DNA from: Candidatus Delongbacteria bacterium
GTDB taxonomy: Bacteria > UBA4055
Length of the DNA: 32,391 nucleotides
Reading direction: 5' to 3'
Assembly (NCBI GenBank): GCA_016938275.1
Contig: JAFGUZ010000208.1
Span: 1-32,391 of the forward strand
The notes below the pieces were generated by a model, which saw nothing but the letters and a program-made list of their open reading frames with translations, was not told where the DNA came from and made no database searches. Both the position numbers and the translations under genes were made by a program. Positions 1-8,982 of this stretch are shown in pieces (within the stretch, counting starts at the first letter, position 1; every line of letters starts with the position of its first letter).

Positions 1-31
1 ATAGTCTTTTCTTAAATGATACCGATTTTGA

Positions 32-85
32 TCAATCTTTATAAAAAGATTGACCTTTTTGTCTGACTTTTTAGTAAAAAGTCAG
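32..85 (+). terminator. Tandem stem-loops, the first followed by a T-run; probable terminator of a + strand gene upstream of the window
   Basis: Perfect inverted repeat TCAATCTTT/AAAGATTGA at 32-40/45-53 with a 4-nt loop, followed by CCTTTTTG. A second perfect 10-bp IR CTGACTTTTT/AAAAAGTCAG lies at 63-72/76-85 with a 3-nt loop. Confidence 0.35.
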
Positions 86-248
86 TCCCAACAACCAGCG
101 ATGAAATCGCAAGAACCTCATCTTCTGGAAAATATCACAATAACATAACATACTATATCAATCCTACATATTACACAATTAGTTTGAATTTTCACTAATA
201 GATTTCATAGAAAAAACTAATGTATTTCTTGATTATTATTAATTTCTT

Positions 249-2321
249 CTAAAATAATATCCAGTCTCCAGGATTATTTAAAACTTGTACTTGTACATTA
301 TTATTTTTCAGACGAATATACTCAGCAAATTTACTGAACTCCATACTGGTATTATTTGCATGAGCAGGTATAACCAATTTAGGATTCAATATTGATACAG
401 TTTCAGCACCACCCATCCATACAGCAATTTTATCGCCAAAACTACAACCACTAACTGGAGTTATGAAAATGTCAACAGATCCTACTTTATCTTTTATATA
501 GTTAATCTCACCCAAATAATTCCCACTAAAATCACGTCTTCTATTAGCATGATCACCAGAATGGAATATTTTTACACCATTGTAATCAACAACAAATCCA
601 ACACCTGTATCATTTGAGTATATTGTGTTAACAGTAAGATCTCCAACTTTTCTTTCGGTTCTTCCTGGAATCACGATAGTATTTTTTGGTGCTGAGTTAT
701 CCTCAAAACCTAAAATATATGTAGCTTTATCCCCAAAATATTCAAAAATCTTCTTATCATAGTGATCTTCATGGACATGGGAGACAAAAACAAAAATATC
801 CATCCCTTTAAGTTCTTCAAAAACGATATTTCCATTTTTTAAACTTCTGTCATCAACCTGTCTTCCATTTTCCCAATAATCAAAAATTATAGCGGTTTTA
901 TTGTCATTAACTATAAATCCACTATGTCCAGTATGAGTTATTTTCAAATTACCTGTTATTTTCTGTATATCTCTAATTAAGTTATACTCTTCAGAAAATA
1001 TTCCTCCTCTATTCAAAAGTATTTCTTCTATCGATTTAAACCCATATTTACTTGCATAATCTAAAGGTGTATAACCCATATTATCTTTTGGATTAACATT
1101 AACAGAATTAACATTTAATATTTTTTCAACTATATCTTTCCTCCCTGATAATACTGCAGAATGTAGGATAGATTTAGAGTAATACTTCTCGACATTATTG
1201 ATATCAGATATTTTATCAAGTACTAATTCAACGATGTCAAATTTGTTATCAGTAATTGCTTCATGTAGAATATTTTTGTTTGTTATGTTACTCACAACAT
1301 CTAAACTCACCCCATTTTTGATAATAAACTTCAAGTATTCCGGCTTATCTAAAAAAACAGTCCAAAAGAGCAGAGGGATCTCATTTTGGTTGCATCCACT
1401 AAAACATGAGACATCATCTTTAAATAATTTATCAAAAACATATGTAAAATTTTCTTCATCAAGACCAAACAAATCAGGTACAAGATTATTTTTTGCTTCT
1501 TTACTCATAGAGACATTCAAATCAAAGACTTTTTTTATTAGTGCAGGATTTCGACTTCTCAATGCAGCATTAATTATTGTAAAATTCTCATCTTTATCTT
1601 CCTGAATGTCGATTCCTAGATCTATTAAATATTCAACACACTCAAGATTTGATCTTTGAAAAGCAAGTTTAAGAATATTATTGCCTTGCCTATCTTTAAG
1701 TTTAAAATCAGCTTTCTTCTCGTAAAGATATTTAAGAAGATCTAAATTTTTTGACATAACCGCAAAATACGCTACGTTCAACCCCTGAATATTCTGCTCA
1801 TTAACATCACATCCATAATCTAGCAAAAGTTTTACATTTTCAAGCCAACCCCGAAAAGCAGATGAGATTAAAGGACTGCTACCATTAATATTTTTTAATA
1901 TTTTAGGCTTACTGTCCAGTAAAATCCTACAAATTTCAGGATTTTCATTTATAGCTGCAAAATGAAGAGCCGTCATTTTATTCTCATCCTGATAATCTAT
2001 GTCACAACCTTTAGAAATTATATATCTTACTAATTCAGAATTACCACTTGCTACAGCATTTATTAAAACACTACTTTTTTCCCTGTCTAAAGTTTTTATA
2101 TCAGCTCCTAAATCGAGAAGATACTTAAATGTACCAAAATCACCCAAACTTGCAGAAAAATTTAAAGGTGTAAGTCCTCTTTCATTTTTACTCTCTAAAA
2201 TGGTAATATCCTTTTTAACAAGACTATCAATTTCCGAAAAATTTGATAATCTTACCGATTCAAAAATGTCTGCAAACAATACCGAAGCTACAATTGACAC
2301 TATTAATATTAAACTTTTCAT
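249..2321 (-). CDS. Secreted ankyrin-repeat protein with C-terminal metallo-beta-lactamase-fold hydrolase domain
   Basis: 690-aa ORF. N-terminal signal peptide (MKSLILIVSIVASVLFA). About 10-12 ANK-like repeats (e.g. GLTPLNFSASLGDF..LLDLGADI, TALHFAAINENPEICRILLD). C-terminal approx 230 aa carries MBL motifs: SHVHEDH (HxHxDH), HSGDHA and VIPAHAN. An AGGGAGATATTT-type SD lies upstream. Confidence 0.7.
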   Translation of the reverse strand: MKSLILIVSIVASVLFADIFESVRLSNFSEIDSLVKKDITILESKNERGLTPLNFSASLGDFGTFKYLLDLGADIKTLDREKSSVLINAVASGNSELVRYIISKGCDIDYQDENKMTALHFAAINENPEICRILLDSKPKILKNINGSSPLISSAFRGWLENVKLLLDYGCDVNEQNIQGLNVAYFAVMSKNLDLLKYLYEKKADFKLKDRQGNNILKLAFQRSNLECVEYLIDLGIDIQEDKDENFTIINAALRSRNPALIKKVFDLNVSMSKEAKNNLVPDLFGLDEENFTYVFDKLFKDDVSCFSGCNQNEIPLLFWTVFLDKPEYLKFIIKNGVSLDVVSNITNKNILHEAITDNKFDIVELVLDKISDINNVEKYYSKSILHSAVLSGRKDIVEKILNVNSVNVNPKDNMGYTPLDYASKYGFKSIEEILLNRGGIFSEEYNLIRDIQKITGNLKITHTGHSGFIVNDNKTAIIFDYWENGRQVDDRSLKNGNIVFEELKGMDIFVFVSHVHEDHYDKKIFEYFGDKATYILGFEDNSAPKNTIVIPGRTERKVGDLTVNTIYSNDTGVGFVVDYNGVKIFHSGDHANRRRDFSGNYLGEINYIKDKVGSVDIFITPVSGCSFGDKIAVWMGGAETVSILNPKLVIPAHANNTSMEFSKFAEYIRLKNNNVQVQVLNNPGDWILF

Positions 2322-2473
2322 AAATATCTCCCTTTCATTTACAGAACTAAAATAAAACAGAGATAAAAACTATTCCTTTATTTCCGATAAGAGTGATAAT
2401 TTATGGTGTAAAAGTAAAATTCTTAAGATGATTTTAAAATCAATACCATAATATGTTGTTTTTGTAAAAAGAT

Positions 2474-3328
2474 TTATAAGCCTACATTTTTTTTCATAAA
2501 ATTAGGAAGACTAAAGCAAGCTTTACATATATCTGGATTGAAGTATTTAAGATCTTTGCCATAATTTTCTAAGCCGTCAAAATTCATGCTCGTAAAGTCT
2601 GTTGTTGTTTTACATGAAAGTGAAAAAGTCCAGAAACCACTTGGATAAAAAGGAATAGCCGATGTAAATGCACTAACTGAAGGAAAGATAGATTTTAACA
2701 TTTCAAAATAATCTTTCTGAATTTCAGGATGAAAAAATGGTGATTCTGACTGGGCAACAACAATTCCATCTGTTTTTAATGAGTTAAAAACATCAATATA
2801 AAAGGCCTTTTTAAATAGTCCTTCGGCTGGACCAAACGGATCGGTTGAATCTATGATAATAATATCAAAGCTGTTTTTATGATTTTGCATGTATTTAATA
2901 CCATCATCAATGATCAACTCTGATTTTGGATGACTAAACCCAGTAGTAAGTGCAGGGAAAAATTCCCTGCATTTGTCAACTACCAGTTTATCTATTTCTA
3001 CAGTAACACACTTATCTACATTTGGATTTTTTACAACCTCAGTTGCTGTCCCTCCATCACCACCACCAATGATTAAAACTTTCTTAGGGTTAGGGTGTAA
3101 TGATAAAGGTACGTGACTAATCATCTCATGGTAGGTAAACTCAAATTTTTCGTTTAACATTACAATATTATCTAGTAAAAGCATTTTACCAAAATCATCA
3201 GTTCTAACAATCTCTATCGTCTGGAACTCACTTTTACCTTTAAAAAGCGTTTCTTCAAATTTTATTGAAGTACGCTGCCCAATATTTAAATGATCTTCGG
3301 AAAATTTCTCAGTAAACCAACCACCCAT
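2474..3328 (-). CDS. speE: Spermidine synthase (aminopropyltransferase)
   Basis: 284 aa. Signature LIIGGGDGGTATEVVKNP and the overall SpeE pattern (N-terminal MGGWFTE..., DSTDPFGPA). Confidence 0.85.
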   Translation of the reverse strand: MGGWFTEKFSEDHLNIGQRTSIKFEETLFKGKSEFQTIEIVRTDDFGKMLLLDNIVMLNEKFEFTYHEMISHVPLSLHPNPKKVLIIGGGDGGTATEVVKNPNVDKCVTVEIDKLVVDKCREFFPALTTGFSHPKSELIIDDGIKYMQNHKNSFDIIIIDSTDPFGPAEGLFKKAFYIDVFNSLKTDGIVVAQSESPFFHPEIQKDYFEMLKSIFPSVSAFTSAIPFYPSGFWTFSLSCKTTTDFTSMNFDGLENYGKDLKYFNPDICKACFSLPNFMKKNVGL

Positions 3329-3344
3329 TGTACTAAAACCCCCA

Positions 3345-3728
3345 TTAACAAATTTTATGTTTTAACTCTCCTTCAATATCGTGTAACTGTCCCCTTTTCA
3401 TTTCAATTGTTGAGGTATGCTTAGCATCGAGAATTTCTTTAATATGCTGGAAAGCGACCCACGGGTCCACTGTTTCGCCGCACGTGAAAAGATCTACTGC
3501 TGCATATCCGTATTCTGGCCAGGTATGTATGGAGAGATGAGATTCTGCAATAATTACAACACCACTAACTCCAAACGGACTAAATTCATGAAAATTAGCC
3601 CCTACTACTGTAGCACCTGCCAATACAGCTGCCTTTTGCAATTCTGTTTCAATGAGCTTAACATCTTTAAGTGCCGTAGAACGACATCCATAATATTCAA
3701 CTAATACATGATTCCCCAATGCTTTCAT
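3345..3728 (-). CDS. speH: S-adenosylmethionine decarboxylase proenzyme, small class 1a type
   Basis: 127 aa. The VLVEYYGC start and [14 protein letters not shown] self-processing region (Glu62-Ser63) are typical of pyruvoyl AdoMetDC of the Bacillus/Thermotoga type. It is adjacent to speE. Confidence 0.8.
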   Translation of the reverse strand: MKALGNHVLVEYYGCRSTALKDVKLIETELQKAAVLAGATVVGANFHEFSPFGVSGVVIIAESHLSIHTWPEYGYAAVDLFTCGETVDPWVAFQHIKEILDAKHTSTIEMKRGQLHDIEGELKHKIC

Positions 3729-3751
3729 TCATACAACTCCTTTTAAATAAA

Positions 3752-4912
3752 TTAGATACAGATGGTTTTCAAAGGAGGAAAACCGTTAAATTCGATTGCA
3801 CTATAACTGGAAGTGTAAGCTCCAGTAGATAACCAGTATAATCTATCACCAATCTCGAGGTTTAAAGGTAATTCATATCTATAATCATTATACATGATAT
3901 CCATTGAATCGCAAGTTGGACCAGCAATAATAACCTCTTCTTTTGGACCACTCTTTGAAGTATATATAGGATATTTTATAGATTCGTCCAATGTTTCGAT
4001 CAATCCACTAAACTTACCAATATCTATATACACCCATCTATTTAGAGCTGTACTACTCTTTTGAGAAATTAGAACTACTTCACTGACAAGCATCCCAGCA
4101 TCTCCAACAAGAGATCTTCCAGGCTCTAAGAATATTTTTGGAAAATCATCCGCAAAATCTTCAGCAATAAATCTTTTTATCTCAGAGGCATAGGTTTCTA
4201 AGGCATTCACCTTACTAATGTATTGAGCAGGAAAACCACCTCCTAGATTGATCATTTCAAGCTTAATATCAAGCTCTTCTTTCACCCAGTTAAAAATATA
4301 ACGAACGGTAGCAAGAGCACCATCCCAAGTACCAATATCTTTCTGCTGAGAACCTACGTGAAATGAAATTCCAAAAGGTTTTAATTTTAACTTATTCGCA
4401 ACTTCAATCAAATTAATTGCCATATCTGGATGACATCCAAATTTTCGACTTAAAGGCCAGTCAGCAGTTTCAGAACCTTCAACAAGAATTCTCACAAAAA
4501 CTTTACTTCCTGGAGCAAATTCAGCAATATTCTTCAAATCAGCTATTGAGTCTGTTACAAACAGGCGAACACCTTTTTCATAAAAATAGGCAATATCCTT
4601 CTTCTTTTTTATGGTATTCCCATAACTCATTCTATCGGGAGAAATTCCCAACGACAATAGTTTGTCTAATTCATAAATTGATGCAACATCAAAGTTACTG
4701 CCAAGATCTCTTAATAGAGATAGAACTTGAACATGTGGATTCGCCTTAACAGCATAATAGATGTTGGCAAAAGGGAAATGTTTAGTTAACTCTTGATACT
4801 TATTACTTACAATATCAAGATCAACAAGGAGGCAAGGAGTATCAACTTTTTCTGCGTATTGAAAAAGCTTGTTGTGATAACCCTCTTCATAAAGATCATT
4901 AATGTCAAACAT
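3752..4912 (-). CDS. PLP-dependent group IV decarboxylase (alanine-racemase fold), most likely ornithine decarboxylase; first gene of the polyamine operon
   Basis: 386 aa. Motifs: YAVKANP (PLP-lysine), GGGFP, EPGRSLVGDAG, GPTCDSMD. Stop-to-start gaps to speH (23 nt) and speE (16 nt) imply one operon. A GGAGAG SD lies 6 nt before the ATG. Confidence 0.7.
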   Translation of the reverse strand: MFDINDLYEEGYHNKLFQYAEKVDTPCLLVDLDIVSNKYQELTKHFPFANIYYAVKANPHVQVLSLLRDLGSNFDVASIYELDKLLSLGISPDRMSYGNTIKKKKDIAYFYEKGVRLFVTDSIADLKNIAEFAPGSKVFVRILVEGSETADWPLSRKFGCHPDMAINLIEVANKLKLKPFGISFHVGSQQKDIGTWDGALATVRYIFNWVKEELDIKLEMINLGGGFPAQYISKVNALETYASEIKRFIAEDFADDFPKIFLEPGRSLVGDAGMLVSEVVLISQKSSTALNRWVYIDIGKFSGLIETLDESIKYPIYTSKSGPKEEVIIAGPTCDSMDIMYNDYRYELPLNLEIGDRLYWLSTGAYTSSYSAIEFNGFPPLKTICI

Positions 4913-4922
4913 TTCTGCTCTC

Positions 4923-4946
4923 CTAAATAAACCGGATTTCTCTCAT
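4923..4946 (-). promoter_or_regulatory. Candidate 7-codon upstream ORF (MREIRFI) in the polyamine-operon leader; its stop overlaps the main SD
   Basis: Minus-strand read: ACCGGtaaaATGAGAGAAATCCGGTTTATTTAGGAGAGCAGAAATG. The uORF TAG overlaps the AGGAG SD of the decarboxylase gene. The uORF sits across a 5-bp ACCGG/CCGGT hairpin (plus coordinates 4931-4935 / 4951-4955). Confidence 0.2.
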
Positions 4947-5420
4947 TTTACCGGTTGTTAATAACAAGGTGCATGATTTTCAGCTTCGATCCACTTGAAA
5001 AGCTTTGAAAAACGCACCAACCCCATAATAATCAAGCGAATTTAATACAATGAGTAGGTCTATGCTACTATTAATTTAATTTTTTGACGCATCCTTTCAA
5101 GTTTTAGTTTAATTATTTGTTATATGCTTAATTTTGCATATGAATGATAATGAAGTTCTCGATCAAACTGTCTAATCTATGAAGAGGCATTAAGATTGAT
5201 CGAAAAAGATTACTGATATTCATGCAAATCAAAAATTATCCTTGTATAGAATATTCATTAAAATTGAAAGAATATCATACAATTTTGAATATTATTCAGA
5301 ATAATATAATTCTTTCCAATTTTATCTTGTATTACAAAGAACATTATATATTCGGGAAAAAGAGTTCTCTTTCAATGAAGATATAAACAATATATGAAAA
5401 TTAGATGATTGACAAAAATA

Positions 5421-5448
5421 AAAAATCTCCGAATGAACGGAGATTTTT
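5421..5448. terminator. Bidirectional rho-independent terminator
   Basis: AAAAAATCTCCG-aatgaa-CGGAGATTTTTG: a 7-bp stem ATCTCCG/CGGAGAT flanked by an A-run and a T-run. It lies 22 nt downstream of the minus-strand SPFH gene stop. Confidence 0.75.
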
Positions 5449-5470
5449 GTAAAAATCTAATGCTATTCTT

Positions 5471-6352
5471 CTATTTATCAATATTCATTAAAGGTAGCGG
5501 ATTAGGACTATCACCGTTTATGAAATAAATTTTAGAGTTAGGATCTTTTGAAATTGCTTTTAAGGATTCTAAAGCTTGTAATTTTACATATGCTGAATTA
5601 TTGGCAATAGCTTTGGTAATCTTCTCAATTTTGTAAGCTTCAGCATCTGCTAACATTTTTATCTCTTGAGCTTCTTCTTCTGCTGCTATTCTTTTTGCTC
5701 TAGCTTCAGCAATCAATTGTTCCTGCTCTGTTTTATATCTTTCAAGTTCTGCTTTTTGCTTCTCAACTTCCTGCTCTCTTTCTTTCTTGGATTCAATTGC
5801 TTTTGTAATGAACGGAGGAAGATCAATATCTCTAATCAATACAGCATCAACAATTACACCTTTGGGGGCAAGAAATTCTTTTAGAGCATCAAGAATTGAT
5901 ACTTGAAGTTTATCTTGTGTTTCTTCCATGAAGAAATCTTCAGCTCTTTTTATTGATTTTCCCTGTTCACGAAGTAAAGATCTCAATTTTGGAACGATGT
6001 GAACTTGTAAGACTTTTTCAAAATTCCCTGTTTCTCTTAAAACTGTAGAAACTTGGTTAGCATCAAGTCTAAACTGAATACTAACTTCTAGTTTTGTTTG
6101 AAGTTGATCTTGAGTAGGAACTTGAGCGATTTCAAGATGAGTTTGCTGTCTTGTATCAAAGATATACCACTCATACAAAGGATTCACAGGAAAATGTAAA
6201 CCCTCTTGATAGCTCTTGTCAATCACTTCACCAAACAATGTAGCAACACCAGTTTGTCCAGCGGGGATACTCTTGTATATACTTGTTCCGAACAATAATG
6301 CAAACAGAACAATAACTACAAGCAATACAATTTGAATTTGTTTCTTTCCCAT
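5471..6352 (-). CDS. SPFH/band-7 (prohibitin/HflK-C-like) membrane protein
   Basis: 293 aa. N-terminal TM segment (IVLLVVIVLFALLFG) followed by ...AGQTGVATLFGEV... and a coiled-coil-rich C-terminus (EREQEVEKQKAELERYKTEQEQ). AGGAGA SD. Overlaps/abuts the upstream lipoprotein gene (operon). Confidence 0.8.
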   Translation of the reverse strand: MGKKQIQIVLLVVIVLFALLFGTSIYKSIPAGQTGVATLFGEVIDKSYQEGLHFPVNPLYEWYIFDTRQQTHLEIAQVPTQDQLQTKLEVSIQFRLDANQVSTVLRETGNFEKVLQVHIVPKLRSLLREQGKSIKRAEDFFMEETQDKLQVSILDALKEFLAPKGVIVDAVLIRDIDLPPFITKAIESKKEREQEVEKQKAELERYKTEQEQLIAEARAKRIAAEEEAQEIKMLADAEAYKIEKITKAIANNSAYVKLQALESLKAISKDPNSKIYFINGDSPNPLPLMNIDK

Positions 6353-6360
6353 AACTTCTC

Positions 6361-7467
6361 CTAATCTTTAAATCTATAAACTTTTACTTCTCTTAAATCC
6401 ATATCGTTCTGAACAATTAAGTCCCCAAAAAAATTTACATCACTTTTCTTAATAGGATTACCTGCTTCGTCTTTCATATCGACTGTTCCAACAAGAGTAT
6501 CGTCGATATAGATATCAAAATTCAAGTTAGCTTCTAAACCCGTGTATTCCTCTTTTGAAGCTTGCACCCAAAGTCTCCCTTTATAATCAACCTTGACCAT
6601 ATTAATTGCATTTTTATATTTGTATTTGGCTTTCATTTGTTCAGCTATCTCATCCGGAACTCCAGAACCTTCCATTGACTTATTAATCATTGCATTTACT
6701 TCCTCTAGCTCTTCTTTGGTGTATGAAATTCTTCTATAGCCTTTTTTGATCTCAGTTTTATTACCTTCTTTATCAAATTTAGATATTAAAAAATGATCAG
6801 TACTTTTATCAGCGAAGTAATCAAATTTTTCTCCACTGGCAAAAAGAGGAGCCATGATACCCATATCCATCATATTGCTCATGTTTTGAGGATCAAACAA
6901 AACACTATCTTTCCATAGTGTTTGCTTTTCATTGAAAAGTGTATCCATTACTGCAATTGAATAGATAAAGTATATAGAATTGTCACTCATGCTTTGAGAA
7001 AAAGTGAGTCCAGAGATATTACCACCAGCAACTGAAGTATATACTGGAAACGATGACAAGCCTGTAATATCTTCCAAGAATTGTCCATCCAGATTGAACT
7101 TAATGAACTTTTGAGACATCATATCCAGTGCATATAACGATGTATTAACAATAAAAATATTCTGGCATACATTATATTCTCCTGGACCTGAACCTTTTGA
7201 CCCAATCATTTTAAGGAATTTACCATCTTGATCAAATTTATAGATTCCTTTCATCGGATCAAGGATATAGATATTTCCGTTGTTATCTGCAATTGCCTTT
7301 GACGCATTTGTAAATGTATCAGGATTATTATCTGGAGAAATTTTTGTTACAAATTCATAGTCAATGACTGATCCTGCTTTTGCAGACTCTGGAGTGGAAC
7401 CATCATTCTTTTTAGTACAAGAGGACAATAAAATCAGAACGGAAACCATTATAAGTAGAAATTTCAT
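6361..7467 (-). CDS. Lipoprotein, probable beta-propeller-like hypothetical protein
   Basis: 368 aa. Signal peptide plus lipobox (LLSSC). Repeated GxxYxLD/GPGEY-like segments suggest a beta-propeller. No confident family assignment. Confidence 0.6.
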   Translation of the reverse strand: MKFLLIMVSVLILLSSCTKKNDGSTPESAKAGSVIDYEFVTKISPDNNPDTFTNASKAIADNNGNIYILDPMKGIYKFDQDGKFLKMIGSKGSGPGEYNVCQNIFIVNTSLYALDMMSQKFIKFNLDGQFLEDITGLSSFPVYTSVAGGNISGLTFSQSMSDNSIYFIYSIAVMDTLFNEKQTLWKDSVLFDPQNMSNMMDMGIMAPLFASGEKFDYFADKSTDHFLISKFDKEGNKTEIKKGYRRISYTKEELEEVNAMINKSMEGSGVPDEIAEQMKAKYKYKNAINMVKVDYKGRLWVQASKEEYTGLEANLNFDIYIDDTLVGTVDMKDEAGNPIKKSDVNFFGDLIVQNDMDLREVKVYRFKD

Positions 7468-7500
7468 TTCATAAGCCTTTCATTTAGAATAATTAATTAG

Positions 7501-7516
7501 ATTTACATTTGTAAAT
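7501..7516. promoter_or_regulatory. Palindrome ATTTACA-TT-TGTAAAT, 34-49 nt upstream of the lipoprotein start
   Basis: Perfect 7-bp arms. Its core TTACATTTGTAA recurs as the reverse complement TTACAAATGTAA at 7598-7609. Confidence 0.3.
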
Positions 7517-7594
7517 ATACGTTTTGTAGAGAATTTATCAAGATCATTTTTGACTAGTTTCATCGTTACCTCTTTAAGATAATAGGAACAATTC

Positions 7595-7623
7595 AACTTA
7601 CAAATGTAATTGACATATGTCAA
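7595..7623 (-). promoter_or_regulatory. FNR/CRP-type 5-4-5 palindrome TTGACATATGTCAA (7610-7623) adjacent to TTACAAATGTAA (7598-7609); possible promoter/operator of the lipoprotein-SPFH operon
   Basis: The 14-bp perfect palindrome differs from the FNR consensus TTGAT-N4-ATCAA by one base per half-site. Read on the minus strand, TTGACA-17 nt-TAAGTT also resembles a sigma70 -35/-10 pair. Confidence 0.3.
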
Positions 7624-7649
7624 TAGAAAAAAATAAGGCAAGATTTAAA

Positions 7650-8975
7650 TCAATATTTTTTTTTAGTTTTCCACTTAGATTTTAAATATTCTTTCAGCTT
7701 AACTTCTTGTCCATTTTCTGTTGGTTTATAAAACTGAGTGGATTTAATCGGTTCAGGTAAAAAGATATCCTCTACAAAATTTCCTGGAAAATCATGAGCA
7801 TACTTATACTCTTTTCCGTAATTCAATTCTTTCATAAGTTTGGTTGGAGCATTTCTGAGATGAAGTGGAACTTGAAAATTATCGCCACTTTTCTGAACTA
7901 ACTCCAGAGCCTGATTGATCGCCATATATGATGAATTTGATTTAGGTTGTGAGGCCAAATATATTGCACATTGAGATAAAACTATTCTAGCTTCGGGCAT
8001 TCCTATTTTGTGTACAGAATCTAAAGTAGCATTTGCCAAAACTAGAGCATTTGGCGAAGCGTTTCCTATATCTTCACTGGCAAGTATTATCATTCTTCTT
8101 GCTATAAAAACAGGATCTTCACCACCATGAAGCATTCGAGCAAGATAATAAACAGCAGCATCAGGATCTGAGCCTCGGATACTTTTAATAAAAGCTGAAA
8201 TAACATCATAATGCATTTCACCTTTCTTGTCGTATCTATCAAAACCTGATTGCAAAGCTCTTTTGAGAATGGCTCTATTTACTATAATTTTGCTGCCATT
8301 AGCGGTACTCATTTTAAAACATATCTCAAGAGTATTTAACAATTTTCTAGCATCTCCACCACTACTTTCAATCAAAACGTCTCTACTACCCTCTGTAAAT
8401 TCAACAGAATATTGAGACAAAATTGTATCATTTTCGATGGAAAAATCTAAAATCTCAGAAAGGTCACCAGCTTCCAATTGCTTTAAAGTCAAGACTCTGC
8501 ATCTTGAAAGAAGTGCGGAGTTAACTTCAAATGATGGATTCTCGGTTGTTGCACCTATTAAAACCACTGTACCATTTTCAACAGCTCCAAGTAGTGCATC
8601 CTGTTGTCCTTTATTAAACCTGTGTATCTCATCAATAAAGAGAATTACCTGATTTCCTTCTAGTGTAAGTCTTTCAGCTTCTGAAAAGATGGCTCGTAAT
8701 TCTTTAACTGAAGAACTTACGGCATTAACGGAATAAAACTCAGCCCCTGAAATTTCTGCTATAATTTTAGCCAATGTTGTTTTTCCAGTACCAGGAGGAC
8801 CCCATAAAATTATGGAGAACATTGTCTTATTTGCAAGCATTGAACTTATAATACCATCCTCTCCTGTAAGATGATTCTGACCAAAATAGCTATCTAAGGA
8901 TTTAGCTCTGATTCTTTCTGCTAATGGTATCAAATGATCTGGTTTTTTATCAAGCATTCCACTAAAAAGGTCCAT
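7650..8975 (-). CDS. rarA: Replication-associated recombination protein A (AAA+ ATPase RarA/MgsA)
   Basis: Walker A GPPGTGKTTLAKIIA, Walker B ILFIDEIHRFNK, and the C-terminal MgsA helix-lid (HLRNAPTKLMKELNYGKEYKYAHD). Start moved to the in-frame MDLFSG... ATG at 8975 because it has a GAGGAG SD and avoids overlap with hemW. The track ORF extends to 9032. Confidence 0.8.
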   Translation of the reverse strand: MDLFSGMLDKKPDHLIPLAERIRAKSLDSYFGQNHLTGEDGIISSMLANKTMFSIILWGPPGTGKTTLAKIIAEISGAEFYSVNAVSSSVKELRAIFSEAERLTLEGNQVILFIDEIHRFNKGQQDALLGAVENGTVVLIGATTENPSFEVNSALLSRCRVLTLKQLEAGDLSEILDFSIENDTILSQYSVEFTEGSRDVLIESSGGDARKLLNTLEICFKMSTANGSKIIVNRAILKRALQSGFDRYDKKGEMHYDVISAFIKSIRGSDPDAAVYYLARMLHGGEDPVFIARRMIILASEDIGNASPNALVLANATLDSVHKIGMPEARIVLSQCAIYLASQPKSNSSYMAINQALELVQKSGDNFQVPLHLRNAPTKLMKELNYGKEYKYAHDFPGNFVEDIFLPEPIKSTQFYKPTENGQEVKLKEYLKSKWKTKKKY

Positions 8976-8982
8976 AAACTCC

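Noticed and set aside
1198-2355. Plus-strand ORFs 1198..1605 and 1999..2355, nested antisense to the ankyrin/MBL gene
   Set aside because: Leu/Ser/Phe-rich translations typical of antisense frames of AT-rich genes. No RBS. Fully embedded in a well-supported CDS.
3417-3704. 95-aa plus-strand ORF antisense to speH
   Set aside because: Embedded in a confidently identified gene, with no RBS and a Cys/Phe-rich nonsense composition.
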